From an uncultured Clostridia bacterium (lineage in GTDB: Bacteria > Bacillota > Clostridia > TANB77 > CAG-508), in assembly GCA_944391755.1 (NCBI GenBank), contig CALXUT010000012.1:9727-73726 (forward strand): a stretch of DNA of 64,000 nucleotides, read 5' to 3'. The notes under the pieces are model-generated. The model saw nothing but the letters and a program-made list of their open reading frames with translations, was not told the origin of the DNA and did no database searches. Positions within the stretch are counted from its first letter, which is position 1. Each line of letters begins with the position of its first letter. The position numbers and the translations under genes are program-made. Shown in pieces: positions 46,463-57,452 of this stretch.

Positions 46463-46532
46463 ATTTAAATAATATATTTTCAAAAGTCGTGAATTGTAAA
46501 CAAAAATAAAATATAGAAAGGATTTAGAGAAA

Positions 46533-47273
46533 ATGGAAGAAAAACAAGTTGTATTTGTAACAGGTGCAGCAAGAGGAATCGGAAAGGCAATTGCATTAAA
46601 ATATGCAGAAAATGGCTATAATGTTGTTATTAATTATGTATCAGACAAAACAGATGTAAAAGCTTTAGAAAAAGAATTCAAAGAAAAAGGAGCAGAATCA
46701 TTAATAGTAAAAGCAGATGTCTCAAAATCAGAAGAAGTTGAGGAAGTTGTAAAAAAAGCAATTGAGAAATTTGGAAAAATAGATGTATTAGTAAACAATG
46801 CAGGAATTACAAGAGATATGTTGTTAATGAGAATGAAAGAAGAAGATTTTGATAAAGTAATAGAAATTAATTTAAAAGGAACATTTTTAGTAACAAAAGC
46901 AGTCGTACCATATATGATGAAAAAAAGAAATGGAAGAATTATCAGCTTATCATCAGTAGTAGGTGTTACAGGAAATGCAGGACAATGTAATTATTCTGCA
47001 TCAAAAGCAGGAATCATTGGATTTACAAAAAGTATTGCAAAAGAATTAGCATCAAGAAATATAAGAGCAAACGCAGTAGCTCCAGGATTTATTGATACAG
47101 ACATGACAAGTGTATTGTCAGATGAAGTAAAAACAAATATCAATGCACAAATTCCAATGAAAAGAATGGGAACTGCACAAGAAATAGCAAATGTCGTATA
47201 CTTCTTAGGAAGTGAAGAAAGTTCATACATAACAGGGCAAGTCATCAATATAGATGGTGGAATGGTCATGTAA
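46533..47273 (+). CDS. fabG: 3-oxoacyl-ACP reductase
   Basis: VTGAARGIGKAIA, NNAGIT and YSASKAG. Confidence 0.92.
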   Translation: MEEKQVVFVTGAARGIGKAIALKYAENGYNVVINYVSDKTDVKALEKEFKEKGAESLIVKADVSKSEEVEEVVKKAIEKFGKIDVLVNNAGITRDMLLMRMKEEDFDKVIEINLKGTFLVTKAVVPYMMKKRNGRIISLSSVVGVTGNAGQCNYSASKAGIIGFTKSIAKELASRNIRANAVAPGFIDTDMTSVLSDEVKTNINAQIPMKRMGTAQEIANVVYFLGSEESSYITGQVINIDGGMVM

Positions 47274-47312
47274 AATAAAAAACGGTAACAAATGTTAGAA
47301 AGGAAAATAAAA

Positions 47313-48551
47313 ATGGAAAGAAGAGTTGTTATAACAGGTTTAGGAGCAATCACTCCTATCGGAAATAATGTTGAAGAATTTTGGAAAAGTATAAGAGAGA
47401 GTAAATGTGGAATTGATCAAATTACAGAATTTGATGCAAGCAATTTTAAAGTACAATTAGCAGGAGAAGTAAAAGGATATAATCCAGAAGAGCATTTTGA
47501 TAGAAGAGAAGCAAAAAGAATCGATAAATTTTCACAATTTGCTGTTGTTGCTGCAAGAGAAGCATGGAAAGATAGTGGATTAGATAAAGAAAAAGAAAAC
47601 ATGGAAAGAGTAGGAGCAATTATTGGTTCAGGAATCGGTGGACTTGGAACAATCGAAAAAGAAAATAGAAACTTAGTAGAAAAAGGTCCAGATAGAGTAT
47701 CACCTATGTATATTCCAATGGCAATAGGAAACATGGCAGCAGGAAATGTAGCAATCGACTTAGGAATAAAAGGAGAATCTATATCAATGGTAACAGCTTG
47801 TGCAAGTGGAACACATTGTATAGGAGAAAGTTTTAGGATGATAAAACATGGATACCAAGACATTGTTCTTGCAGGAGGAACAGAAGCTTCTATTACACCA
47901 TCAGGAATAGCAGGATTTTCTAATATAAAAGCATTAACACAAGCAACAGATAAAAATAGAGCAAGTATTCCATTTGACAAAGAAAGAAGTGGATTTGTCA
48001 TGGGAGAAGGCGCAGGCGTTATCGTTTTAGAAGAATTAGAACATGCAAAAAAAAGAGGAGCTAAAATATATGCAGAAATCGTAGGATATGGAGCAACATC
48101 AGATGCTTATCATATCACTTCACCAGCACCAGGAGGAGAAGGTGGAGCAAGAGCAATGAAACTTGCTATGCAAGAGGCTGGAGCTGAACCAGGAGAGATT
48201 ACTTATATCAATGCACATGGAACATCAACACATCTAAATGACTCATGCGAAACATCTGCTATAAAATCAGTATTTGGAGAAGCTGCTAAAAAGGTTATGG
48301 TAAGTTCAACAAAAAGTAATACAGGTCATTTATTAGGAGCTGCTGGAGGAGTAGAAGCAGTAGCATGTGCAAAAGCAATACAAGACAGTTTTGTGCCACC
48401 AACAATCAATTATCAAGTACCAGATGAAGAATGTGACTTAGATGTAGTGCCAAATAAAGGAAGAGAAATAGAAGTAAAATACGCAATGTCAAATTCACTT
48501 GGCTTTGGTGGACATAATAGTTCTATATTATTAAAAAAATACGAATCATAA
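47313..48551 (+). CDS. fabF: 3-oxoacyl-ACP synthase II
   Basis: [19 protein letters not shown] and SLGFGGHN. Confidence 0.92.
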   Translation: MERRVVITGLGAITPIGNNVEEFWKSIRESKCGIDQITEFDASNFKVQLAGEVKGYNPEEHFDRREAKRIDKFSQFAVVAAREAWKDSGLDKEKENMERVGAIIGSGIGGLGTIEKENRNLVEKGPDRVSPMYIPMAIGNMAAGNVAIDLGIKGESISMVTACASGTHCIGESFRMIKHGYQDIVLAGGTEASITPSGIAGFSNIKALTQATDKNRASIPFDKERSGFVMGEGAGVIVLEELEHAKKRGAKIYAEIVGYGATSDAYHITSPAPGGEGGARAMKLAMQEAGAEPGEITYINAHGTSTHLNDSCETSAIKSVFGEAAKKVMVSSTKSNTGHLLGAAGGVEAVACAKAIQDSFVPPTINYQVPDEECDLDVVPNKGREIEVKYAMSNSLGFGGHNSSILLKKYES

Positions 48552-48604
48552 AAATATATTATTTTTACGATTTTAAAGAACGGATAAAGAAAGGATATAA
48601 AGAA

Positions 48605-49078
48605 ATGAATTATAATGAAATCCAAGAAGATATCAATAAAATGATAAACGATGTAGAAAAATCAAGTTTAAATTCCTTAGAAATAGAATTTCCTAATGGA
48701 TTAAAAATCAAAATGAGTAAAGGAAGTAAAGCAACTATTTCTAACGCTAATGTAGAGCCAGCTCAAGTTTCAGAATTGGTTCCTACAGTTACAAACAAAG
48801 TAGTAAACAATATGCAAGCAGAAACTGTAAAAGTAGAAGAAAACTACAAAGAAATAAAATCACCAATGGTAGGAACATTTTATGCAAGTTCATCTCCAAA
48901 AGCAGAACCATTTGTAAAAGTAGGAGACAAAGTAAAAAAAGGTCAAGTAGTTTGCATAGTAGAAGCTATGAAATTGATGAACGAAATAGAATCAGAATTT
49001 GATGGAGAAGTCGTAGAAGTATGCAAAAACAACGAAGACATGGTAGAATATGGAACGACATTATTTAAAATAAAATAG
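48605..49078 (+). CDS. accB: Biotin carboxyl carrier protein
   Basis: Biotinylation motif [10 protein letters not shown]. 157 aa. Confidence 0.9.
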   Translation: MNYNEIQEDINKMINDVEKSSLNSLEIEFPNGLKIKMSKGSKATISNANVEPAQVSELVPTVTNKVVNNMQAETVKVEENYKEIKSPMVGTFYASSSPKAEPFVKVGDKVKKGQVVCIVEAMKLMNEIESEFDGEVVEVCKNNEDMVEYGTTLFKIK

Positions 49079-49096
49079 AAAGGATATAAAATAAAA

Positions 49097-49519
49097 ATGT
49101 TAGACATAAAAGAAATTGAAGAAATTATACCTCAAAGACCACCATTTTTAATGATAGACAAAGTAGAAGAATATGTTCCAGGAGAAAGTGCAATTGCTTA
49201 TAAAAATGTAAATATCAATGAATGGTATTTTCAAGGACACTTTCCAGGAAATCCAATCATGCCAGGTGTATTAATAACAGAAGCACTAGCGCAAACAGGA
49301 GCAGTAGCTATTTTATCAATGGAAGAAAATAAAGGGAAAAATGCATTATTTGGTGGAATTGATAAAATGAAATTTAAGAAAATGGTAGTTCCAGGAGATA
49401 CACTAAAATTGGAAGTTAAAATTATAAAGAAAAAAGGACCAGTGGGAGTTGGAGAAGCAATCGCTACAGTTGATGGCAAAGTTGCTGCAAAAGGAGAACT
49501 TACTTTCGCTATCGTTTAA
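49097..49519 (+). CDS. fabZ: 3-hydroxyacyl-ACP dehydratase
   Basis: [11 protein letters not shown] and [20 protein letters not shown]. Confidence 0.92.
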   Translation: MLDIKEIEEIIPQRPPFLMIDKVEEYVPGESAIAYKNVNINEWYFQGHFPGNPIMPGVLITEALAQTGAVAILSMEENKGKNALFGGIDKMKFKKMVVPGDTLKLEVKIIKKKGPVGVGEAIATVDGKVAAKGELTFAIV

Positions 49520-49520
49520 G

Positions 49521-49605
49521 CTCGGACTTTAGGGACGTTCCTTGTCGCGGACTTTGGGGACGTTCCTTATCGCGGAAAAAAAGGAACGTCCCTAAAGTCC
49601 GCGAT
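49521..49605. repeat. REP-like GC-rich palindrome cluster (two direct left units plus one inverted right unit)
   Basis: cggactttagggacgttcctt / cgcggactttggggacgttcctt / (loop atcgcggaaaaaa) / aaggaacgtccctaaagtccgcgat. This is the same motif as 10088-10149. Confidence 0.8.
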
Positions 49606-49606
49606 A

Positions 49607-49643
49607 TAAAAAAACAAGGAGTAAAGCTACTCCCTGTTTTGTT
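49607..49643. terminator. Bidirectional terminator hairpin
   Basis: A7-caaggagta-aagc-tactccctg-tttt, a 9-bp stem with one mismatch. Confidence 0.6.
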
Positions 49644-49652
49644 GTACGATTT

Positions 49653-50021
49653 TTACATGGGAAAAACATAAAACTGCATACACACGGGTTTGTTTTGAAC
49701 GCGATAACCAAGTTCAATAAAAACTTTTTTGAGCAGTCTATGACTGTAATGACTGGTAGATACTGTAATTCTACCTTTCGGAAAGTGCGTTTCGCGAAGT
49801 AACTCATATATTTCGTTTAAAAGCTTTAAACGAATAGGGTTATCTGCAAAAGCAATTTGTGCTCTTCCCATTCGATAAAAGAATAAATTTTTCCTTGAGA
49901 AAGCATCTTCCTCAAAGTCAAAGTATGCTTTTATCCTTGCGTAAGGTACATTTTGCCGAGCATCTGACCGACCTTTTGTCAACCAATAATCGTACATTTC
50001 CATTTGTATATCATCTCCCAT
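49653..50021 (-). CDS. Hypothetical protein with atypical (higher) GC, antisense inside the fab/acc operon
   Basis: 122-aa ORF (MGDDIQMEMYDYWLTKGRSDARQNVPYARIKAYFDFEED...). It uses CG-containing and G/C-ending codons (cgc, gcg, ccg, ctc) that are rare in the neighbouring genes. No family was recognised. The C-terminus (VQNKPVCMQFYVFPM) looks like a possible truncation. Confidence 0.45.
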   Translation of the reverse strand: MGDDIQMEMYDYWLTKGRSDARQNVPYARIKAYFDFEEDAFSRKNLFFYRMGRAQIAFADNPIRLKLLNEIYELLRETHFPKGRITVSTSHYSHRLLKKVFIELGYRVQNKPVCMQFYVFPM

Positions 50022-50079
50022 TTAGGAATCTGTAGTATAAGTATATCATAAAATTACCAAAAATACAAGGAGTGGAGTT

Positions 50080-51423
50080 ATGTTAAAAAAAGTATTAATC
50101 GCCAATAGAGGTGAAATTGCTGTTCGTATTATCAGAGCATGTAGAGAAATGGGCATACGAACAGTAGCAATTTATTCTGAAGCAGATAAAAATGCATTAC
50201 ATAAAACATTAGCAGATGAAGCAGTTTGTGTAGGACCAGCTCCATCTAATAAAAGTTATTTAAATATAAAAGCTATACTAGAAGCAGCTTGTTTAACTGG
50301 AGCTGATAGTATTCATCCAGGATTTGGATTCCTTTCTGAAAATCCTAATTTTGCTAAACTATGTGAAGAAATTGGAATCAAATTTATTGGACCAAAACAT
50401 GAATTAATCGAATTATTAGGTAATAAATCTAAAGCAAAAGAAACGATGAAAAGAGCGGGAGTACCAGTAGTACCAGGTTCAGATGGTTTAGTACAATCAA
50501 AAAAGCAAGCAATCGAAATTGCTAATCAAATAAAATATCCAGTTATATTAAAAGCTTCAGCTGGAGGTGGAGGAAGAGGAATCAGAATCGCCTACACAGA
50601 AGAAGAATTGAAAAAAGAATATGATATTGTAAAACAAGAGGCAAAAGTTGCTTTTAATGATGATAGTATATATATTGAAAAATTTATTGAAAATCCAAGA
50701 CATATTGAAATACAAATACTAGCAGATGAACATGGAAATTGTATTCATTTAGGAGAAAGAGATTGTTCTGTACAAAGAAGAAATCAAAAAGTATTAGAAG
50801 AAACACCAAGCAGTGTGATTTCAGAAGAAACAAGAGCAAAAATGGGAGAAGTGGCTGTAAAGGCAGTTAAAGAAATAGGGTATAGCAATGCTGGAACAAT
50901 TGAATTTTTAGTGGATAAACATCAAGATTTTTATTTTATGGAAATGAATACAAGAGTACAAGTAGAACATCCTGTAACAGAGATGGTAACTGGTATAGAT
51001 ATCATAAAAGAACAAATCAAAATAGCAAGTGGAGAAAAATTGGCATATACACAAAAAGATATTAAAGTAGATGGACATAGTATGGAAGTCAGAATCAATG
51101 CAGAAAATCCAGATAAAAACTTTATGCCATGCCCAGGAAAAATAACAGAGTTACATTTACCAGGTGGTAATGGAATTAGGATAGATACTGCCATATATCA
51201 AGGATATACAGTACCACAAAATTATGATTCTATGTTAGCCAAAATTATTGTACATGGAAAAACAAGAGAAGAATCCATTGCGAAAATGAAAAGTGCGATT
51301 GCTGAGTTAGTAATAGAAGGAATAGACACAAACAGAGACTTTTTATATAAAATTTTAGAAAATAAAAACTTTATAACCAATCAGTATGACACATCATTTA
51401 TTAAAAAAGAATTTAATTTTTAG
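50080..51423 (+). CDS. accC: Biotin carboxylase
   Basis: IANRGEIAVRIIRACREMGI and the ATP-grasp motifs. 447 aa. Confidence 0.93.
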   Translation: MLKKVLIANRGEIAVRIIRACREMGIRTVAIYSEADKNALHKTLADEAVCVGPAPSNKSYLNIKAILEAACLTGADSIHPGFGFLSENPNFAKLCEEIGIKFIGPKHELIELLGNKSKAKETMKRAGVPVVPGSDGLVQSKKQAIEIANQIKYPVILKASAGGGGRGIRIAYTEEELKKEYDIVKQEAKVAFNDDSIYIEKFIENPRHIEIQILADEHGNCIHLGERDCSVQRRNQKVLEETPSSVISEETRAKMGEVAVKAVKEIGYSNAGTIEFLVDKHQDFYFMEMNTRVQVEHPVTEMVTGIDIIKEQIKIASGEKLAYTQKDIKVDGHSMEVRINAENPDKNFMPCPGKITELHLPGGNGIRIDTAIYQGYTVPQNYDSMLAKIIVHGKTREESIAKMKSAIAELVIEGIDTNRDFLYKILENKNFITNQYDTSFIKKEFNF

Positions 51424-51436
51424 AAAGGATTTACAT

Positions 51437-52522
51437 ATGAAATTAAAAGGAATAAAGATAGGAGAACTTATCTCAAAATACCCCATTATTCAAGGAGGAA
51501 TGGGTGTTGGTGTATCATTGCATAATTTAGCAGGAAATGTTGCAAAAGAAGGCGGAATTGGTATTATTTCAACAGCAGATATCGGTTATCAAGATCCAGA
51601 ATTTGAAAAAAATCCAATGGAAGCGAATTTAAAAGCGATAAAAACAGAAATTGAAGAAGCACGCAAAATAGCCCCTAAAGGAATTATTGGAGTAAATGTA
51701 ATGGTAGCCCTAACAAATTATGCGGAAATCGTAAAAGAATGTGTAAAAAATAAAATAGACTTAATTATATCAGGAGCAGGCTTACCAAAAGATTTGCCAA
51801 CTTTTATAAAAGGAACCAAAACGAAGATTGCTCCAATTGTTTCATCAGGGAGAGCTGCAAAATTAATTTCCAAAATGTGGATTAGCAAATATAATTATGC
51901 ACCAGATATGATTGTCATAGAAGGACCAGAAGCTGGAGGGCACTTAGGATTTAAACCAGATGAATTACTTCCAGAAAATAAACCAAAATTAGAAGAGATT
52001 ACAAAAGATGTTTTAAAAGAAGTAAAAGAAATTGAAAAAGAAACTGGAAAAGAAATACCTGTTGTAGTAGCAGGAGGTGTATTTGACGGAAAAGATATTG
52101 CAAAATATTTAAAATTAGGAGCAGATGGCGTTCAAATGGCGACAAGATTTGTTGCAACAAAAGAATGTGATGCCTCTGATGCATTTAAGCAAGCCTATGT
52201 CAGTGCCAAAAAAGAAGATATAAAAATTATTAAAAGTCCTGTTGGAATGCCAGGAAGAGCTATAAGAAATGAATTTATCAAAAAAGTAGAATCTAGTAAA
52301 AGTAAAATTACAAGATGTTATAATTGCATTAAGACATGTAATCCTGCAAATACACCATACTGCATCACAAAAGCTTTAATAAATTCAGTAAAAGGAAATT
52401 TAGAGGAAGGACTAATCTTTTGTGGAAGTAATGTAGATAAAATAGATAAAATTGTAACTGTAAAAGAATTAATGCAAGAATTAGTAAATGGTGCAGAAGC
52501 AGAACTTTGTTTAGAAAATTAG
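51437..52522 (+). CDS. fabK: Enoyl-ACP reductase II-like flavoprotein (FabK / nitronate monooxygenase family)
   Basis: [24 protein letters not shown] and VVAGGVFDG. It lies between accC and accD. Confidence 0.7.
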   Translation: MKLKGIKIGELISKYPIIQGGMGVGVSLHNLAGNVAKEGGIGIISTADIGYQDPEFEKNPMEANLKAIKTEIEEARKIAPKGIIGVNVMVALTNYAEIVKECVKNKIDLIISGAGLPKDLPTFIKGTKTKIAPIVSSGRAAKLISKMWISKYNYAPDMIVIEGPEAGGHLGFKPDELLPENKPKLEEITKDVLKEVKEIEKETGKEIPVVVAGGVFDGKDIAKYLKLGADGVQMATRFVATKECDASDAFKQAYVSAKKEDIKIIKSPVGMPGRAIRNEFIKKVESSKSKITRCYNCIKTCNPANTPYCITKALINSVKGNLEEGLIFCGSNVDKIDKIVTVKELMQELVNGAEAELCLEN

Positions 52523-52541
52523 GATAAAGGAGGAAAAACTC

Positions 52542-53387
52542 TTGGTCATAGATAAGATAAAAAAAGTAAATAAACAAGAAAAAATCGTAAAAAACGAAAA
52601 AGCATCAGATAGAATGATTGGAAAATGGGTAAAGTGTGACAATTGTAAAGAAATTTTATATAAAGAAGAAGTTCATAATAATTTAAGTGTATGCCCTATT
52701 TGTGGAAAACATTTTCGATTATCTGCAAGAAGAAGAATAAAACAAATTGCAGACGAGGGGACATTTCAAGAAATAGGTTCAGAAATTTTAACAAAAGATC
52801 CATTACATTTTGAAGGATATTTGAAAAAAGTAGAAGCCTTAAAAGAAAAAACAAAAATAGAAGAAGCAGTCAAATGTGGAATATGTAAAATAAATGGAGA
52901 AGATGCTATACTTGCTGTTATGGACGGGAACTTTATGATGGGAAGTATGGGAAGTGCCGTAGGAGAAAGAATAACCCTTGCGATAGAAACTTCCATAGAA
53001 AAAAGATTGCCATTAATCATATTTTGTGTATCTGGTGGAGCTAGAATGCAAGAAGGAATTGTTTCTTTAATGCAAATGGCAAAAACTTCTGCTGCGTTAG
53101 CCAAACATAATGAGGCTGGATTACTATATATTTCTGTACTTACAGATCCAACAACAGGTGGGGTAACAGCAAGTTTTGCAAGTCTAGGGGATATTATTTT
53201 AGCAGAACCAGATAGTTTAATAGGATTTGCTGGACCAAGAGTCATTGAACAAACCATAAGGCAACAACTACCAGAAGGTTTTGAAAAATCAGAATTTTTA
53301 TTAGAACATGGATTTATAGATAAAATTGTTGAGAGAAAAGATATGAAAAATGTGTTATATCAATTAATAAAATTACATAAAAATTAA
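52542..53387 (+). CDS. accD: Acetyl-CoA carboxylase carboxyltransferase beta subunit
   Basis: Zn ribbon [26 protein letters not shown], and GGARMQEG. Confidence 0.9.
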   Translation: MVIDKIKKVNKQEKIVKNEKASDRMIGKWVKCDNCKEILYKEEVHNNLSVCPICGKHFRLSARRRIKQIADEGTFQEIGSEILTKDPLHFEGYLKKVEALKEKTKIEEAVKCGICKINGEDAILAVMDGNFMMGSMGSAVGERITLAIETSIEKRLPLIIFCVSGGARMQEGIVSLMQMAKTSAALAKHNEAGLLYISVLTDPTTGGVTASFASLGDIILAEPDSLIGFAGPRVIEQTIRQQLPEGFEKSEFLLEHGFIDKIVERKDMKNVLYQLIKLHKN

Positions 53388-53453
53388 TATCTAACAATTT
53401 AACAGCCAAAATATAGCTTAAAAAATAATGAAAGAAAAAGGAGTGAGTAAAAG

Positions 53454-54242
53454 GTGATAACCGCATGGGATAGAGTTACACTTGCAAGAGAAATAGAAAG
53501 ACCAAAAGCATTAGATTATATAGAAAACATATTTGATGATTTTATGGAATTACATGGTGATAGAAATTTTGGAGATGATAAATCTATTATTGGAGGAATT
53601 GCTTATTTAGATGCCATGCCTGTAACAATAATAGGGGAACAAAAAGGAAAAAATGCAAGAGAAAATATTGAAAGGAATTTTGGAATGCCTAATCCAGAAG
53701 GATATAGAAAAGCTTTAAGACTAATGAAACAAGCAGAAAAATTTGGCAGACCAATTATCACTTTTATAGATACCCCAGGTGCCTATCCAGGAATTGGTGC
53801 AGAAGAAAGAGGTCAAGGAGAAGCAATTGCTAGAAATATGTTAGAAATGTCACAATTAAAAGTTCCTATTATCTGTATTGTTATTGGTGAAGGTTCAAGC
53901 GGAGGAGCATTAGCAATTGCTGTTGGAGATAGAATTATTATGTTAGAAAACGCGGTATATTCTATACTTTCACCAGAAGGTTTTGCAAGTATTTTGTATA
54001 AAGATGCTTCAAAAGCCAAAGAAGCAGCGGAAAACATGAAAATTACAGCAAAAGACTTGAAAAATTTAAATATTATCGATAAGATTATTAAAGAACCAGA
54101 AAGTGGAGCGCAGAATGATTTTTCTGCAGTTATAGCAGAACTTAAACAATATATAATTACTTCTATAAATGATTTAGAAAAATTATCAAAAGAAGAATTA
54201 ATAGAAAATAGATATCAAAAATTTAGAATGATGGGAAAATAA
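53454..54242 (+). CDS. accA: Acetyl-CoA carboxylase carboxyltransferase alpha subunit (short N-terminus, GTG start)
   Basis: [23 protein letters not shown] and [12 protein letters not shown]. Confidence 0.88.
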   Translation: MITAWDRVTLAREIERPKALDYIENIFDDFMELHGDRNFGDDKSIIGGIAYLDAMPVTIIGEQKGKNARENIERNFGMPNPEGYRKALRLMKQAEKFGRPIITFIDTPGAYPGIGAEERGQGEAIARNMLEMSQLKVPIICIVIGEGSSGGALAIAVGDRIIMLENAVYSILSPEGFASILYKDASKAKEAAENMKITAKDLKNLNIIDKIIKEPESGAQNDFSAVIAELKQYIITSINDLEKLSKEELIENRYQKFRMMGK

Positions 54243-54301
54243 GAATGCAAAAATGAAATGGAAAATGAAACAATTTTTTAGAAAAAAGAGAGGAGTTTAA
54301 A

Positions 54302-55072
54302 ATGATATTAACAGGAAAAAAAGTAGTAATAATGGGAATAAGAAATAAATGGAGTATTGCTTGGGGGGCTGCACAATCAGCACACGAGCAAGGAGCTGAA
54401 GTTATCTTTACTTGTAGCTCAATAGAAAAAATTGAAAAAATAAAAGAATTAACAGATGAAATACCAAATTCAACCGTATATGCTTGTAATATGTCATCAG
54501 ACGAAAGTATTCAAAAATGTTTAGAGCAAATAAAAGCAGAGCATGGAAAAGTAGATGGAATTTTACATGCCATTGCTCATGCAAATACAGAGGATTTAAG
54601 AAATGACTTTATTTTAACTTCTAGAGAGGGATATGCACATGCATGTGATGTAAGTGCTTACTCATTAGTTGCAGTAGCTAGAATTGCAAGAGAATTAGAA
54701 CTACTTAACACAGGAGCAAGTATTGTTTCCTATTCTTATTATGGTGCAGAAAAAGCAATTGAAGGATATAATGTAATGGGAGTTGCAAAAGCAGCATTAG
54801 AATCTGGTATTAGATATTTAGCAAAAGATTTAGGAAAAGATGGATATAGAATCAATGGTATTTCTGCTGGACCAATCAAAACACTTTCAGCAAAAGGAAT
54901 AAAAGATTTTAATACCATTTTAGATATTGTAGAAGAAAAAGCAGCATTACATCAAAATGTAACCCCAAAACAAGTAGGAGACGCAACAAGCTTTTTATTT
55001 AGTGATTTATCTTCAGGAATTACTGGAGAAATCATTCATGTAGACAATGGATTTTCTATTGTTGGTGTCTAG
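54302..55072 (+). CDS. fabI: Enoyl-ACP reductase FabI (SDR)
   Basis: LTGKKVVIMGIRNKWSIAWGAAQSAHEQGAEVIFT, YNVMGVAKAALE and ISAGPIKT. Confidence 0.85.
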   Translation: MILTGKKVVIMGIRNKWSIAWGAAQSAHEQGAEVIFTCSSIEKIEKIKELTDEIPNSTVYACNMSSDESIQKCLEQIKAEHGKVDGILHAIAHANTEDLRNDFILTSREGYAHACDVSAYSLVAVARIARELELLNTGASIVSYSYYGAEKAIEGYNVMGVAKAALESGIRYLAKDLGKDGYRINGISAGPIKTLSAKGIKDFNTILDIVEEKAALHQNVTPKQVGDATSFLFSDLSSGITGEIIHVDNGFSIVGV

Positions 55073-55245
55073 ATTTTTAATATTTTCTTAAATTTTACCA
55101 AAAATATTGCAAAAATTAACAAATGATAGTATAATATAAAAGGCAGAAAAATAAAATATACTAAAAGACCATTAAAACTTACGGAAATAACGAATACCCA
55201 AAATGAAAAATGGAAAGAATAAAAAGATAAAAGTGAGGTAAAAAA

Positions 55246-56496
55246 ATGGAATATTTATATATACTAAAACAAGCTTTAATGTATATATTAGTTGCGTTTT
55301 GGTGTTATCAAATGGTAGTTAGTTTATGCTCATTGGTAAAATTAAAAGACAAACCATTTATTATTAATAAAAAACACAAATTTATGGCAATCATACCGGC
55401 TCATAATGAAGAAATGGTAGTTGTAAATTTAATAGAAAGTTTAAAAAAGCAAAATTATGACAAAGAATTATATGATATTTATGTAATAGCAGACAATTGT
55501 ACAGACAGAACTGCAGAAGTTGCAAAAAAAGCAGGGGCAATTGTCTACAAAAGATTTGATGAAGCACATAAAACGAAAGGTCATGCATTACAATGGTTTT
55601 TAAAACAAAAAATAGAAGAAAATGCAGACTATGATGCTTTTTGTGTGTTTGATGCAGACAATATAGTAGATAAAAACTTTTTAATCAATATGAATAAAAA
55701 ATTATGCGAAGGTGAAGATGTTGTTCAAGGGTATAGAGACATAAAAAATCCAACAGATAACTGGATAACAGCAGGATATGCATTATTTTATTGGACAATG
55801 CATAGATTTTATCATTTAGCAAGATACAATGTAGGGCTATCACCATTACTAAATGGAACAGGATTTATGGTAAAATTTGATGTTGTAAAACCAAATGGAT
55901 GGGAAACAGAAACACTAACAGAAGACATTGAATTTTCGCTAAAAAGAATTATAAAAGGAAAGAAACTTGGATGGGCAACAGATGCAATTGTATATGATGA
56001 ACAACCAACATCCTTTAAACAATCTTGGTCACAGAGAAGCAGATGGACAGTTGGACATATGCAATGTATTAAAAGATATACAGGTGAATTATTTGAGGCT
56101 GTTAAAGAACATAAAACACTAATGAATTTTGATGGATTTTTATATATTGTTGGAACAACACCAATGTTTGTATTAACATTATTGTTATTATTTATCAATG
56201 GCGTGATGTATGCAGCAAGTGCTATGACAAATGCAGAATTAATTATAAATATATTAAATTATGTTTTTCCAACCTTATTATTACCAATTGTTACAGCAGT
56301 TATTGCAATGTTTCTAGATAAAAAGCCAATCAAACCTATGATAAAAGGATTATTACTATATCCTGCATTTATGGGAAGTTGGATTATTATCAATTTTAAA
56401 TGTTTGTTTAAGAGAGAAACAAAGTGGGAAAAGATAAATCATGTAAGAGATATCAAAATTACAGAAGTAAAAGAAGAAGTTGTAGAAAAAATTTAA
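55246..56496 (+). CDS. Family 2 glycosyltransferase, integral membrane (processive, IcaA/PgaC/CslA-like)
   Basis: IIPAHNEE, VFDADN, TEDIEFS and QRSRWTVGH (a QxxRW-type motif), with multiple TM segments. A TTGCAA-17-TATAAT promoter lies at ~55107-55135. Confidence 0.8.
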   Translation: MEYLYILKQALMYILVAFWCYQMVVSLCSLVKLKDKPFIINKKHKFMAIIPAHNEEMVVVNLIESLKKQNYDKELYDIYVIADNCTDRTAEVAKKAGAIVYKRFDEAHKTKGHALQWFLKQKIEENADYDAFCVFDADNIVDKNFLINMNKKLCEGEDVVQGYRDIKNPTDNWITAGYALFYWTMHRFYHLARYNVGLSPLLNGTGFMVKFDVVKPNGWETETLTEDIEFSLKRIIKGKKLGWATDAIVYDEQPTSFKQSWSQRSRWTVGHMQCIKRYTGELFEAVKEHKTLMNFDGFLYIVGTTPMFVLTLLLLFINGVMYAASAMTNAELIINILNYVFPTLLLPIVTAVIAMFLDKKPIKPMIKGLLLYPAFMGSWIIINFKCLFKRETKWEKINHVRDIKITEVKEEVVEKI

Positions 56497-56594
56497 AAGA
56501 AAGGCACGGAATCGTAAGATACGAATAATCGTGTCTTTCTAACTTAAAATAACATAGCGACAAACAGTCGCTTTGTTTTGTGAAGGAGAAAAAT

Positions 56595-57452
56595 ATGCCC
56601 TTAAATAAAATAAAAGTATATGCATTTGTTGGTCCATCTGGAACAGGAAAAAGTTATCGTGCACAAATGGTGGCAAGTGAAAAAAATATAAATTACATTA
56701 TTGATGATGGATTATTAATTAAAGAAAACGAAGTGGTTGCAGGAGAATCTGCAAAAAAAGCACCAACAAAGATTGAAACAGTAAAAAAAGCTTTATTCTT
56801 GAAAGAAGAAGAACGAAATATCATTATAAAAGCGTTAAAAAAATACCAACCTGATAAATTATTGATATTAGGAACTTCAGATGGTATGGTTGCAAAAATA
56901 GCAGAAAATTTAGGACTTCCTAAAATTATTGAAACAATCTATATAAAAGATGTTGCAACAGAAGAAGAAATGAAAACAGCAAGACATATAAGGGTAACAG
57001 AAGGAAAACATGTTATTCCTGTGCCAACATTTGAAATAAAAAAAGATTTTTCTGGATTTTTATTAGATCCTCTTCAAATATTTAAATCCAAAGGGGCAGG
57101 GCAAAAACCATACATATCAGAAAAAACCATTATAAGACCAACATTTAGTTATTTAGGAAAATTTACAATATCAGATGCAGTTTTCAGACAAATCATGGAA
57201 TATTTAGCAGAAAAGATGCCGGCCATTCATAAAGTCATTCGAACAAGAGCATCTAACACAGAAGCAGGACCAATCATTTATATGGAAGTAATGGTAACAT
57301 ACGGATATAATATTCAAGATGCATTAAGAGACTTTAAAGAAAAAGCACAAAAGGAAATAGAAAAATTAACTTCTATGAATGTTGTTACCATGGAAGTTGT
57401 AGCGAAAAGTGTATATATGCCAGAAAAAAAGGAAGAAGGAACTCAAAAATGA
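56595..57452 (+). CDS. Fusion protein: N-terminal P-loop NTPase domain plus C-terminal Asp23/Gls24-like domain
   Basis: Walker A FVGPSGTGKSYRAQ. The C-terminal ~110 aa (GKFTISDAVFRQIMEYLAEKMPAIHKV...MEVMVTYGYNIQDALRDFKEKAQKEIEKLTSMNVVTMEV) is Asp23-like. Its stop overlaps the plsC start (ATGA). Confidence 0.6.
   Translation: MPLNKIKVYAFVGPSGTGKSYRAQMVASEKNINYIIDDGLLIKENEVVAGESAKKAPTKIETVKKALFLKEEERNIIIKALKKYQPDKLLILGTSDGMVAKIAENLGLPKIIETIYIKDVATEEEMKTARHIRVTEGKHVIPVPTFEIKKDFSGFLLDPLQIFKSKGAGQKPYISEKTIIRPTFSYLGKFTISDAVFRQIMEYLAEKMPAIHKVIRTRASNTEAGPIIYMEVMVTYGYNIQDALRDFKEKAQKEIEKLTSMNVVTMEVVAKSVYMPEKKEEGTQK

Noticed and set aside
49653-50021. The 122-aa ORF as a REP-associated tyrosine transposase (RAYT) or IS200-type TnpA, given the adjacent REP-like palindromes
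   Set aside because: It has no HUH motif or conserved catalytic Tyr context, and it does not resemble the RAYT or IS200 sequences I can recall. It is left as a hypothetical protein.
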